DNA from: the human T2T-CHM13v2.0 reference genome, Homo sapiens
Length of the DNA: 64,000 nt
Strand: one strand, 5' to 3'
NCBI RefSeq assembly: GCF_009914755.1
Contig: NC_060935.1
Part shown: piece by piece, positions 1-17,015 of the stretch
Numbering within the stretch: position 1 is the first letter of the stretch
How the letters are laid out: every line of letters begins with the position of its first letter
The notes under the pieces: model-generated
What the model was told of the DNA's origin: nothing
What the model saw: only the letters and a program-made list of their open reading frames with translations
Database searches by the model: none
Made by a program: the position numbers and the translations under genes

Positions 1-33
1 AGTATGCTGCCCGGCACCCAGAGACTTTCCCCC
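1..33 (+). CDS. VSIG10L2: Partial internal coding exon of convergent gene (..YAARHPETFP-R), cut by window edge
   Basis: Open frame ending C|GTGAGT (phase 1) that joins in frame to 336-360; gene identity from recalled position tail-to-tail with CDON. Confidence 0.7.
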
Positions 34-335
34 GTGAGTGGGAATCGGAAGGGACGGGCTGCTTGACCCCACAGGGTGGCCAGGCCCTGACCTATCCAAA
101 GGAGAGATGCAGCACTCCCGGGGGAGAAGAATCTAGGCTCTTCCTTAATTCAGACCCTCTCCCCAGTGCTAGATGTTGCCATTCAGGGCTCTAACCCCCA
201 ACCCAGGCACCTGGGGCCATCCCCTTCTGGGTTCCTGAGGCCCTAGTACAGAGCCCACTGGGAAAGAGACGGCCATTCTCCTGGGATCTCTGCTGGGCTG
301 GCCAAGTAATGCTCCTTTTCTTTTCCTTCCTACAG

Positions 336-360
336 GCCTTGGTCAATTGCTTGTTCCCAC
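336..360 (+). CDS. VSIG10L2: 25-nt coding microexon (R-LGQLLVP-T)
   Basis: Long pyrimidine tract ccttttcttttccttcctacAG, donor AC|GTGAGT; phases 1 to 2 fit neighbours. Confidence 0.75.
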
Positions 361-468
361 GTGAGTGTGGCACCCCAGTCATCCTGGGGGCCAGGGCTTT
401 CCTCCAGTTGGAAAGGAAAGCGAGGGAAGTGAGTTGCCACTAACTTTACTCTCCCACTTCACTCTCAG

Positions 469-521
469 GGAGCAAAGGCACCAACAGAGGGGTTCCAGAG
501 AAGATGCTGAGGCACCGGCAG
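469..521 (+). CDS. VSIG10L2: 53-nt coding exon (EQRHQQRGSREDAEAPA-G)
   Basis: Branch point CACTAAC 438-444, pyrimidine tract, AG 467-468, donor G|GTAAGC; phases 2 to 1. Confidence 0.75.
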
Positions 522-525
522 GTAA

Positions 526-768
<243 letters not shown>

Positions 769-1145
769 GGCCCAAAGAGGAAGATGCAAATAGGCTTAGG
801 GAGGGCAGGTGGGATTTGGGAAGAGCCCTTCTGTCAGACTTTGGTCATAAAACCAACGTAGCTAAGACACCAACTACCACTTTCACTTAATACCCAGTCT
901 TCACAACTGGTACAAGGCCCAGCTGCAGTGTCCCTAAGTGACATGGTTACAAGAGAAGCCCTGGCCCACCTTGTGGAAGACAGAGGTGGCAGGACAAGGA
1001 AGAGGACCCACAATGGGGAGACAGGGATCTCTGGGTGTCTGAGGGCAAGTGAAAGCCATGGTACTGGGAAGGATCTGTGGTGCTATAGAAGTATGAGCAA
1101 GCTAGCTGCTTCCAGAAAAAAAGTCTGTGGATGGAGCAATTCCTA

Positions 1146-1151
1146 AATAAA
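1146..1151 (+). terminator. VSIG10L2: Poly(A) signal AATAAA of the plus-strand gene
   Basis: First AATAAA ~380 nt after the stop codon. Confidence 0.6.
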
Positions 1152-1696
1152 TCAGAGCTGATGTTCACGCCAATAGAGGGCTACTTCCATTGCGACTCCC
1201 ACAGAGACAGGCTGATGGCTGGGTCCCAGGTTTGGCTAGTGGGAAGAAGCAAGGTGTGTAGGTGTGTGTTCCTTTGCTCAACCATAGCTTACGAACATCA
1301 CTGACGCTGCAGTGGTCCGACTCCAGGAGTCGCAGCCCACAAGATACGGAGCAGAGGTACTGCAGATGTAGCTTCCCGCCCCCAGGCTGGGGGAGCTGGC
1401 CCACAGAGCACCGGGGCTGTTCCAGAGTCACAATGTCAGCTGCCAGCATGACTCACTAGCTCCAAGTGTGTGTGTCTGTTTGTGTGTGTGTCTGTAATCT
1501 GGGTGAAAACACAAATGAATGCTTGTTCAACTGACTAGAAGACTCGGGACTCCGAGCCGCCTCTGCAGGAGACACAGATGAGAAGAAACGGCAAGAAAGC
1601 CAACGGGGGACCCGCCAGCACAAGGGACGTGGCGCCTGAAAGGAGACAGAAAATTGAGAAACTTAAGAAGATTCTGTGGTTCTCACAGAGTTAGAC

Positions 1697-1702
1697 TTTA
1701 TT
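1697..1702 (-). terminator. CDON: CDON poly(A) signal AATAAA
   Basis: TTTATT on plus strand; downstream on minus strand is U/GU-rich (uucuuaaguuucucaauuuucugucu). Confidence 0.7.
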
Positions 1703-3099
1703 AGATAAGGGGTTTCGGCTACCCTCAAAGCTCTCAGGACTGGAGCTAGGGTTTAAGGAAGGCTTATTTAAATATGGGAAATAAAATACAAAAGGGCCAC
1801 ACCCGATGCAAAAGACTTTGCTGGCTTTCTGGTCAGACAAGCCTAGAGATGTGTATTTTCTTAGGGCAGTAAAACAAAACGTTTTCACAAGGAGGCTAAA
1901 TTTCTATCCTGCAGTTCATAAACATGTGGCGCTCGGTTAATGGTAAAAATAGACAATGTGTGAGGCGGGACCGCTCCTCCTCATCCTCCCAAGCTCCTCT
2001 CCTACCCACCTCCCTTCCCTCCAAGGAAACGCAAAGTTGCCCCGAGGAGGTGGGCCTGCCTCCACATCGCCCCCAGGGTCAGGTATGTTCTCAGCGTCCC
2101 CTAAAACACTTGCCCAAGATCCTGCTCCTTCAGGGCCTTGATCTCTGCAGTCAGAACAGAGGGGTGTGCACAGGGGAGTTTCAGGGGAGGACAGGGGTGG
2201 GGGGTTCCAAAGAATTTCAGAGGAAGACATTCGCCCACCCCAATCACAAACTATAAGCAGCGTTGTACAAACAGGGAGTATTCCCACCTTCAGGGGCTAT
2301 GCTATATGAAAGCAGCCTTCTCTTTTAATATAAAATCATATCAACCAAATAAAACCTGCCAAAGCTACATCATTTAAAATATGTACAGTTTCACACACAA
2401 TATTACAACTTTAAGGAAAATAAAACATACTTTTCAATATGATACAAAGCATGCATCTCAAAGTCATTACTTTAAAAGAGAGCAACACAGGTAAAATTCA
2501 ATGATAAACTTCACTTCTTGGCAGTACTATAGCTGGAATGAGATCTGTGGCATGATCAGCCCAAGATGGATGCATTGAGTCTTCATAGACTCATTCGACA
2601 AAAACACCCAGAAAGAAAGGCTTTTGCTAAGAACACTTCAAAAGGTTTAGAACATTGCAATGTAACTTGCACCCTGGCAGCACCTGTCACCAGACTGTCA
2701 GTGCAAAACTGAAAGAAAAACATTAAAAGGAGATCGTGAAATGATACAGTGGGAGCGGGGCAGTTTATGCTAAAACAATCACACAGAATTCTAGATGAGA
2801 AGGAACATGAATAGGCTTGACCAATTTCGTGATCACTGAGCACAGTAAAGATCAAATTTCCAGGTGGAGGTGGTAGACAGGGGGCGTCAAGGGGAGAAAT
2901 GTGGACCTCTGGAAGACGAAGTCATAAGCAGAGCTCTGCCCGCGGAGGCCAGAGAGCAGCTTCTCCGGCTGCGGAGTTGGAGCCTCGGAGGAATTCCACG
3001 GCAGGGATAGATCACAGCATACGGAACGGGACTGGTTCCATCCAAAGAGTGAACCGCAATGCTTTTGGAAAGCAGTATGGAAAAATGGGAGGAGCCCAG

Positions 3100-3270
3100 A
3101 TTATGGCTCCAGATAAACTAGGTTCGGATTCAGGTCCCATGGCTCACTGAGTGACTTGGGGATTTTAATGCCAACTTTGTAGATGAGTTGTGGGGGTTAA
3201 ATGAGTTAACAGTAACAAGCACCGAGCACAGTGCCTGGTACACAGTAGTTATTCAGCACGTGTTAGTGCT
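3100..3270 (+). mobile_element. MIR fragment in CDON 3'UTR
   Basis: gttaaatgagttaa...gcacagtgcctggtacacagtag resembles the MIR 3' end. Confidence 0.6.
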
Positions 3271-3401
3271 GTCTCCCACACTGTACCATGTCCTCTCATT
3301 TCCTGGTGAAGTGACATTAGGTAGGACTGTTTGGGTGCCTGTGCAGGGCAGAGCCAACTCACGCTTAGGGAGAACTCATACCGCCTAAATATAAAGGCAA
3401 T

Positions 3402-3458
<57 letters not shown>

Positions 3459-3480
3459 ATATATATATATTTATATATTT
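3402..3480. repeat. Compound microsatellite (TA)11(TG)16(TA)n
   Basis: Read directly. Confidence 0.95.
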
Positions 3481-5055
3481 CAATATATAAAGGCATTTTT
3501 TATAAATAAAATACAATAAAAAGAATAACACTTAAAACAGCGTTACTAATAATATAAATAAAGCAGTCCACAATGAGATTGTCCTAAAGGTAAAGCCATT
3601 TTCTCTTCCTCGTGGACAGATCCCATATTCAAACTCAATCTTTAAAAGCAGTTCATGACCTAAGGCTCATGCTAATACACCTGTTTCCTAAATCAAAATG
3701 GCTGTCTACGGACAATGACTCCCCAGTTTTCTAAAACTCCCTTTGTGACAGCATTGCTGTAACTTGATTGGCTAACACAGGGTATGTTTTCATATTCTGT
3801 GCGCTGGGACTTTGTCCTTTGCTAGTCACAGAAGTAAGGGATGCAGCTATCCCCCTCCAGAGCTAACTGCATCTAAGCAACATGAAGAATAAATCCAGTA
3901 TACTATAGGCACGGACATCTGGAATGTAGAACTTGGGTCTACAGCATCCCTAATATCCGACTAGGGAATTACATTCACTACATTCTACTGGAAGTAACTC
4001 TTGCATAGTGACCCAGCTTAAACAAGCACATTTTCACTAACAGTTCTATTATAAAATATATAGACATATGTAAGGGAATACTGATGCATTTATACAGAAA
4101 GTTGGTTAACACAGTATTGTATTCTATTCCACTGCGATTTCTGGGAAACTAACATTTCTTCACTTCTGCTGGAATTGCTTGACTCTATAGAAAGAGAATA
4201 ATTTTCTGTTTCTTTCCCCAAAGGGATGCACAATGCACAAAGGAGCAGTGATCCTTGAAAGCTTGACTCAAGCTATGAAACACACTTACATAATTATTGT
4301 TTTTTAATGTGAAGAGCCTTCCAAAGGCAGCTGCAAATGTCCTTGTCACGCAGAGGCAGCCGTGGTCAGGAGCTCTGCTGACCAACTTGGCTTTAGGTGC
4401 CTATTTACAAGGGTGACATTCTGAAAAAGGTATCAGGAAATTTCAGGAAAAAAACCCAAAACAAACAAACAAACAAAAACAAAAAACAAACAAACAAAAA
4501 AAAACCCTTTTCTTCCAAAGTAAGTCTTTTCTGACACTCACCCCTGCAGGCCGTTGCCTATGCTGGAGATGGGGGATGACTAGTTTCGGCGTCATGGCAC
4601 CATAAGCGTGTCCCTGTGCTAATCCAACAGACTGGAGAGCTCCCGCCAAGACAGGCTCCCTGCAGCCCTCCCCTTTCTTTCTTCTGAAAATGTGTATCTT
4701 TCTCTTCAAGCCACCATTTAATGTCTTATTTTGTTCCTACTCCGAGAAACAGTCAAAAAGAGCCCATAGTGGCCATTTTATAAATTAATGTAATTTTAAA
4801 GCAGTGGGACATGAGGCATTATTTGTCTCTCTGGCCTTGGTTCCTTTTCTGCATACTGCCGTAATTCATCAAGACCTTACACTCCACCACGTCCATAACA
4901 CTATGACTAGTGCCTAGCAAACTGAACATCACTCGTGCCCACGTGCAGATACAAAGTCAACAGGTCACATTACCACTTCTGTGGAAGGCACTCTTGTAAA
5001 ATCCGTCAGCCAGGTCTGTTATTATAAACATGGGTCACAACTGCAGTTGATTTCA

Positions 5056-5455
<400 letters not shown>

Positions 5456-5805
5456 CTAGCCGAAGCAGCCAAGAGATGGGATCCTTTGCATGAGGAGCTC
5501 TTGCTGTCACTATAGCTGTTAGAAAACATGGAAGGACCCCTCTGCCCTCCAGGTGACTGAATACTATGCAAAACAAGGTTGTTTCCTACCGAGGGGGAGG
5601 AAGGAATGGGGAAGAAAACATTTAAGGCATAAATAATATAAAAGGGCACACGTTTTAAGATACATCCATATGACATTACTACTACAAAAAAATAAATAAT
5701 GATTTTCTCTGATTTGAATTAAGGTCCTTCACACAGTTCGCTCCCAGGCCTGTTGTGTGCAGTTACCGGCTTGAAGTTGGAACATGACTGGTTGTTTGCA
5801 TGTCC

Positions 5806-5969
5806 TCAGGTTTCCCGGGGCTGCTGAAGGACCTCTGTCGGGCTGTCTAAAGGAATGCCAGGTGGAGACCACATTGTCTTCTCAGCACAGCCCTCGGGGA
5901 CAGGTGGCAAAATAAGAGCATTCCAACTTACAATGTTGTTCTCTGTTTCTGAATGGGCACAGCTGTCTC
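5806..5969 (-). CDS. CDON: CDON last coding exon (exon 20), [22 protein letters not shown]...QQPRET*
   Basis: gtgtttcAG acceptor, 164 nt, TGA at 5806-5808; matches CDON C-terminus. Confidence 0.97.
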
Positions 5970-6492
5970 CTGAAACACAGCAGGGTTTGGGAGCATTATC
6001 AAATGATAAAGGCTGATTTTTACAAAGCAGTCTAAAAACTTCTTCACACTTTGAGCCAAGAAGAAAGAAAAACGAGCATAAATAGAACCTGGTTTGTGTG
6101 TGGTTTGAATTTGAGGGCGACAGAAGGTTTAAAAGGTTTAAAATAAAGTTGAGCTCTCATGAGAAGCTATACAATTCACCTGAGAAGTAAAGCAACCCCT
6201 TAAAAGCCCTAAAATAACCACCTGAAAGAAAGGTTACAACTCCAGAACCAACTCAAATCAAAAAGGGGCTCATGTTCACAAAATGCATTCTTCCAGCAAG
6301 TCTTCTGCTACCCTACGAATGAAATCAAAGCCTATTTCCAAATAGATTTTCCAAAGTGTGATGGGATTGACAGCCTGAGATGAAGGACATGAGTAATAAC
6401 AGAATTTCAAAGAATCCTTTATCTTGAGTCCTATCTTTTCCTGAAGGACCCAGCACCCCACCCAGTCTCCCAAGAAATATGTAAACTAATCA

Positions 6493-6897
<405 letters not shown>

Positions 6898-7399
6898 CTA
6901 GAGGAACCAATAATTAAAATAAGCCTATTCTGAAATATCATTTGGTATTCTGTATTCACAGACTCTTAAGAAAGAGTGATGCTTAAAAACAACTAAATGA
7001 TTCACTATGATTTGAAATACTGAGAATTTCAAAATGATAGTGAAAGTGCCATACAACAGGAGAATACACCAAAAGAATACTTAAGAATGCATTCTTATTC
7101 AATGTCCCAGCACACAGGCTTCCTTTGTCTTAGTCCACTGTCAGAAGTCATCTACTTCATTATTAACTGGCTCCCAAAAGTAGCACCCAGAAGGAAAAGG
7201 CCATTAGCTACTGGGAAGAATGAGAGAATAAAAGAGGAAGAGGAGGACAGGAAGCTAAGAAATGTATGGCCACACGAAAGAAACAACCTTAGGAAAGTTA
7301 ACCAAAAACACACTGCTTTGAAATCAGATTATATGTTCCCCCTCATTCCTGGAGGAAACGCTATAAGGATTAGACATTCAAAATCTAGGAATTTTTAAT

Positions 7400-8160
7400 T
7401 TTTCAACTTTTTTCTTCACAGAATTGCTGGAATTTATTACCACTGAGTATTTCACGTCAATTCTGTTCTACTTTTACTTCCTGCCTTTACGTACAATGTG
7501 TGTTTTCTTTAATTTTTTTCTTTCTGTTCTTCAGACTGGACAATTTCTACTGATCTATCTTCTTGTCCATTAACTTGTGGTCTCCAACAGCTGTTAAGCT
7601 CATCTAGTAAATTTTCCATTTTAGTTATTGAGCTCTTTAGCTCTGGAATTTCCATTTGGTCTTTTGTACCGGCTCTGTTTATTGGCTGAAATTCCCTATA
7701 TGTTCATTTATTATGTGTATACCTTCCTTTAAATCCTTGAACATATTTATAATGGCTGCTTAAAGTCATTATCTGCTAATTGTGACATCTGGGTCCATCT
7801 CAGAGTCTGTTTCTATTGACTTTTTTTCCCTTAAGTAATTATCACATTTTCCTGTTTCTTCACATATATAATAATTTTTTTTAAACTAGATTTTCCTTTT
7901 AATTTTCTGGCTGCTCTGTTAGCATCACACTCAGTTCTCTGATAGCTTCTGCTTGTATCCTTGCCCCAAGATTGGAGAATGCTTTCAGACAGAAACCCAT
8001 AAACTCATAAATCTCACACATTTTATTTCAAGGGTAGACTCTTATTCAGTTTCTGCCTGCTTCTGCTTATTCTCCAATACTTTCAAATTATCCAGATTTT
8101 ATCATTATTATCTGTTGATGATCAAGCTATTCTACCATTACTGGAAGTTGGAGCCTTAGT
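7400..8160 (-). mobile_element. Old L1M fragment (ORF1-like region)
   Basis: T-rich diverged L1-like sequence (ttcagactggacaatttctactgatctatcttc...). Confidence 0.6.
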
Positions 8161-9721
8161 GACACTTTTTTTCCCCCCTATAATTGGGAGTAAGAAAAGT
8201 CTGGAGATGACATTGCACTGGGCTTTGATTTGGACATGTTAGGTAGGAAACACATAGGACTGACCAGTAGTATCCTGGAGCTAGATAACGTTAGGCAATG
8301 AAGATAAGAATTATTTGGATTTGCATCCTTTAAACATGGGCTGATATGTTTCTGGGGCAAAGAAAAATCAGTAAAAGTCTAATCAACTGTTGCTAGCAGT
8401 TACACTCGTTCAAGTTACTGGAAATACCAAATCTTAAGCATGAAGACAGACATGAACCTGAAAGAGAATAAGATATCTGTCAGCAAACCAAATCTTTAAT
8501 TTAAATAACTCCAACTTTAGTTTCAAATAGAGAAATATACTCACTATATAGATAATTAAATTCAGAGACCAGACACCTGGTAAGTAAAGTGTGACAAGTA
8601 TTCATCTGTGCAGAATAATTTGAGTATGGTATTTTCTAATACGACTCTGATTTTAATGTTTAATTCTATAGCAAAAAAATGCCTGATTTAGATGTAACCT
8701 ATGTGTTTCCACACATGTCTTCAGTGAATAAATAGTGAAGAAAGCTCTGGTGCAGAAGGACGTTAACTGGAGCCACAATCAGAGCACTGGTCTAGATGTG
8801 TCATGACTACAGAAGAGTACAGCATTCCCAACTTACTCTCTTGTCTATTTTATTCAACCCTGAACTTATAGAAAAATTTTCTGGATGCTGGCGAAGGTGA
8901 GCACTAATCTGAAACCCACTTAAAAATGTCCATGTGATCAGTGTCTTCCTTTCCTGCATTTTGTTCTTAGTCTCCCAATACTCAGGGAACCCTCAAGTCC
9001 CCCTGAATGTATTCAATGCATGGAATCTACAGACTCTAAACGGGGTGAAATGTGGGGCAAGGTCGTGGGGAGAAAAGCCTTTGTGAGTTCAAACTACTAC
9101 TGCTGAGAATTTAATGATTATACATCTATATAACTAACCTTATCTGAAAGAACCCTTTATTGAGAAAGCATTTGCTAAATACCTTCCTTAGGTCAGACAT
9201 CGTGGTAGGCACTGAAAGAGTGAAGAGTGAAGCAGGAAGAGAGCAGAGAGGGCTTTTACAAAGACTGCAACTCAGGAGCAAATCATGTCAGTCCCAGAAT
9301 GACTTAAAGTGATCTGGCCTTTGTCCAACTGCCTGCCAAAGGCAGAAGTAAATCCTTTCTAGAGGGGGAAAACATCTTCCAGAAACTCTGCAAGTTTGTG
9401 TATCTGATGTCTAAAATTCAAAGGTAAGTAAAGCAGAGTTCCAGCTCCCAGTCTAGCAAAGGAGACAGACCAAAAAAAAAAAAGGTTACAATATAATCAA
9501 TATAATGTAGGGTTATCTAAGAAAAGATAAAAGACACGGGGAGCAATTAACTTTGAGATAAGTCATACATGTGTGGCTGACAAGAATAGGGCACTTTGCA
9601 CGTTCTAGCCAGAGACCAGTCCCAGTGTATTCTTCCATATTGCATCAGACTCAATCATCTCATAATCAGGAAAATTACATTAGAGAACAATTATGGAATT
9701 AGAGAGGAAGAAGGACTCTAA

Positions 9722-10113
<392 letters not shown>

Positions 10114-10119
10114 TAAATT

Positions 10120-12200
<2,081 letters not shown>

Positions 12201-12519
12201 TTAAAAATGATAAACATTAGAACATCAGACTTTTTGCTTTTTTAATGATAGTTATTTCTGTCCTAGTTCAATATTGATTCTGTGATCTGTAAGGTCCTTC
12301 TATTATCTGTCTGCTTCAAAGTTGTCTGACTTACACTTCAATCTCCTGGAGCAAACGCAATGACAGTTCTCAGTGTCAGATACCTTAGGACACACAGCAC
12401 AGTCAGGTACTTAATGAAATCCCTCAACAGTGATGGCCTAAAATACACTAAGTGATCTTCTGCCTTGATGTCGCATTGCTCTGCAAGAATCTGGAGGTAA
12501 TAAAAAGCTACTAGAAACC

Positions 12520-12885
12520 TGTATTTTCTTTATGGGTCTCACTCTGTTGCCCAGGCTGGGTACGATCATGGCTCACTGCACCGTTGACCTCCCTGGCTCA
12601 TGTGATCCTCCCACCTTAGCCTCCAGAGCAGCTGAGGCTATGAGAATAGGGCACTTCCCACATTCTAGGTAGAGACTAGTCCCAGTATATTCTTCCATAT
12701 TGCATCAGACTCAATCAGACTACAGGCACGTGCTACCATTCCTGAAAAATTTTTAAATTTTTTTTGTAGAGAAGGGGGTCTCATTATGTTGCCCAGTCTG
12801 GTCTTGAACTCCTAGGCTCAGGCAATCTTCCTACCTCAGCCTCCTAAAGTGCTAGAATTATAGGTGTGGGCCACCACGCCTGGCT
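12520..12885 (-). mobile_element. AluJ carrying an ~80-bp non-Alu insertion
   Basis: Reverse AluJ interrupted at ~12636-12717. Confidence 0.9.
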
Positions 12886-13839
12886 AAAACCTATATTTTA
12901 AAGATGGAGAAGTATCAGATCAGAAAGAAAAGTTTTCATTTAAAAGAAATAAAATTAAGATACAGGAAAAAAAATGCATATACACATATTTGCCAGAATT
13001 TGAAAACCTAGGACAGTTCCCTACAAAATATTAGAAATTAATAACCTGTTTATACAGATTGAACTTGAATGAACTCATAATGTTGATATAACAAAACAAT
13101 GATGACTCGCCAGACAATGAGATGCCCTCAAAGCCTTCTGCTTCCTTCTGTTTAATTTCTTTTTTTCTGCTCTTGTCTTTAATTTAAAGCCAAGTTACAG
13201 AATGAGATTTTTTAATGAAGTCTAAAGGCAGACTAATAGTTTGTAAAGTACTTCTGTCAGAGTGACAGTGAAGTTTTACACATGGGGCAGGACTGGAGGA
13301 GCGGGCGAGACAGAGGCGCAAGGGCCAACCACAAGTGTGGTTATCAGCGTGTCGACACAGGTTTTATGGGGAGCTAACAGGCGTATGAAATACACACACT
13401 TCTTAAAGAAATTCCAGATATTTAGCAAGAGAGAAGTACAATTTCCTATTACCTACTCTTTAGCATCTGTTTTTCAGATAAGTAAAACAGGAAATCATAG
13501 CAGTGTTTACTTTATTCTGAACTATGATCCTCAGTCACTAGAGTGGTGTTGACGGTAACATACTTGGGAGTTAGATCTGTAAAGCAACTGTGACCTGAAT
13601 TTCAGCATCAACCACATTGATTTAAAATTTTCTAGTACACTGAATCTTAACTCATAATCATCAGTAATTAACCAATTAGCTAACCAAATGTAAATGATTC
13701 AGTTAAATTACTTTTAGTTCAATTCCAGATGTCTACATGTGTCAGCATAAAAATGGCTTTAACTTAGGGGTTACATGTTGAGATACAGGCATAAAGAACA
13801 TCATCTGCTAAAAAGGAACATAGTCTGTTCTGAATATAA

Positions 13840-14192
<353 letters not shown>

Positions 14193-14999
14193 TAGTTAAA
14201 ATTTCCAAAGCAATTAGATGATCACAAAAATCATATCTGTACATATGTAAACTTAAGAGACAAATCTAAGGTAGTAAATAAGAAAACAGGACAAATGTCT
14301 GCAAACATATGACATTCAATAAAATGCTCTCACAATGCACATTTTACAGTTTATATAATGCAAATAGTTTGTAACTTCACTATCTTAGGCTTCTCAAATG
14401 GTCTTTCAAATGCAGTTATTACTGGCTTAAGGTGGAATAAAAGTTTTTACTGAGTTTTCTCTAGCTCAATGAAACTACTTTGTTTAATCTTAAGTTTAAA
14501 AACATTGAGTAAATGGAGCTCTATGCATCTTGCTACATACAAAAATCTAAGCTGTTTTGTAAAACCTCAGGTGGTCTGGGACCTGTTAGTTTACTAAGAT
14601 ACCTTTTAGTAACACAGGAAAGGCCTGTCTGACCAATCTGAAAGATAGGAAAATGACTATTGTGGTATCACAAAAAATAATAAAATATTCTTTAAGCAAC
14701 ACTCTGAATAGCAGACTAGGAAATAGAAGATTGGAAGAGTAGTGTAGGATTGTGCTTGGAAGAATATTCTTGTAAAACTATACAGCACCTCTGAAATATT
14801 TTCTAGAATGTATTCGAAGTATTCCACTTCTGATTACACAGTTGAATATTTGTTAAGCATGATTACGTACAGAATTACTCTGATTAGATGACTATATAAT
14901 TTTTGCATTAAGTTTCCTCTTTTGATTATGCCTAGAGGGAAAGAACTATCCGTGAATTTCTTGGATGTGTGATACTTGTTCTCATGCATATATTCTTGA

Positions 15000-15337
<338 letters not shown>

Positions 15338-15975
15338 AGTAGTTTATGTTAAAATTCCACTCACCTCTGCTGTTTCCACTAGTCACTGTGTCATTTTGCT
15401 GACCCAGCTCTTATTTTCGGGAGCTTATCAGTTACTACCTAAAGAACCCTGATGGCACCGCTCCAGGGCCATGGCCGTCTTCCCTTCTCGATATCTGCTC
15501 TGTTGGATGCTGCGATGACCGCAGCATTAGAGTGGGAGTTTCCTTTTGGGAATTAATCTATCAGCAGCTGTCACATAAAACATGACAGTAAATGTTGAGT
15601 GACAACAAATGACTGAGTGTATTCCTGAACATGGCAAGTTGACAGACACACACGAGCTTATAAAGAAAGACAAAAAGCTGGACTCCCTGACAACAGGCGC
15701 TAGGTCTCCATCTTAGAAGTACGAGACAGACTTGGGGAGATATATAACTTCCCCAAAAGGAAAGCACTGATCAATTTTTAAAATTCAACACAGCACTCTG
15801 AATTTCTTAGGGAAATAGGGAGATTACCATAGATGGAAGAGAAGCTGAATGCCTGTTTTCTGCTGGAAGAAAAAGCTCAGGTGAACTGGACAACTTGTTG
15901 TTTTAATACTTAGCAAACCAACTGGGTAGATCAAACCTTAGGCCTGAAAGAACTGCTATGATAATTAACGTTCTC

Positions 15976-16288
<313 letters not shown>

Positions 16289-16499
16289 ATAATTAATGTT
16301 CTCATATTCATCTCTACATGTTGTTGTCATCGGAGGACATCTGACATCCACGGAGGGTTTCAAGTTGGTGAAAGAGCATTCCCAAATCCAACACACAGAC
16401 TTTTAAGGTTGTCATTATACAAAACTCTGAAGTCATTTGTAGTATCTCTGTTCTCTAAAGCACCGTTCCCAGTAGTTTTACTACTTCTCTTGACTATCA

Positions 16500-16745
16500 G
16501 CCATGTAATTTGTACTTTTTTTCCCAGATGAATTATATAATTTTTCCAAGCTGATTTTCGCTGGGAGACTTCCTGTCCATCTCCAGTCTCTCTACGACCC
16601 TTCGAGTTAATTTCTCATTCCTTCCTGATGGGGTCTCTCGGTCCGTTCATCTGTGAATTTCATCAGTGTCCTCTCTACTCTCTCTTACAAATTATCAAGG
16701 CTGATGCTAAAAAAGACCAGATTTAATGCCAATCCCTTTCCATTA
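16500..16745 (-). mobile_element. CR1/L3 LINE reverse-transcriptase fossil
   Basis: Minus frame KGLALNLVFFSISLDNL*ERVERTLMKFTDE resembles CR1 RT QGSVLGPVLFNIFINDL...TLSKFADD. Confidence 0.65.
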
Positions 16746-17015
16746 AACTAGCCAAGCAACTGATAAGCCACATTTAATTACATATCCAGAACTGCATTAC
16801 TGCCTTTTGAATTCAGGAGAAGAGAAGAGAAGGGTAGAAAGCTTTCGATGTTTTTTGATTAAAATCCATTTAACTCTTGAAATGCCCAAATGGCACAAGG
16901 ATTTCTTGATTAGGTCTCTGGTGTAAGGAACTGGCTCTCTGCAAAGCTGCCTTAAATATGCTTCTTTCTAGGCATTCATAGTGAGCTTTACATATTACTC
17001 TTAAAAACTGCAAAG

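Noticed and set aside
5964-5972. NAGNAG acceptor (CAG GAG) at the last exon
   Set aside because: GAG is rarely used as an acceptor; no evidence
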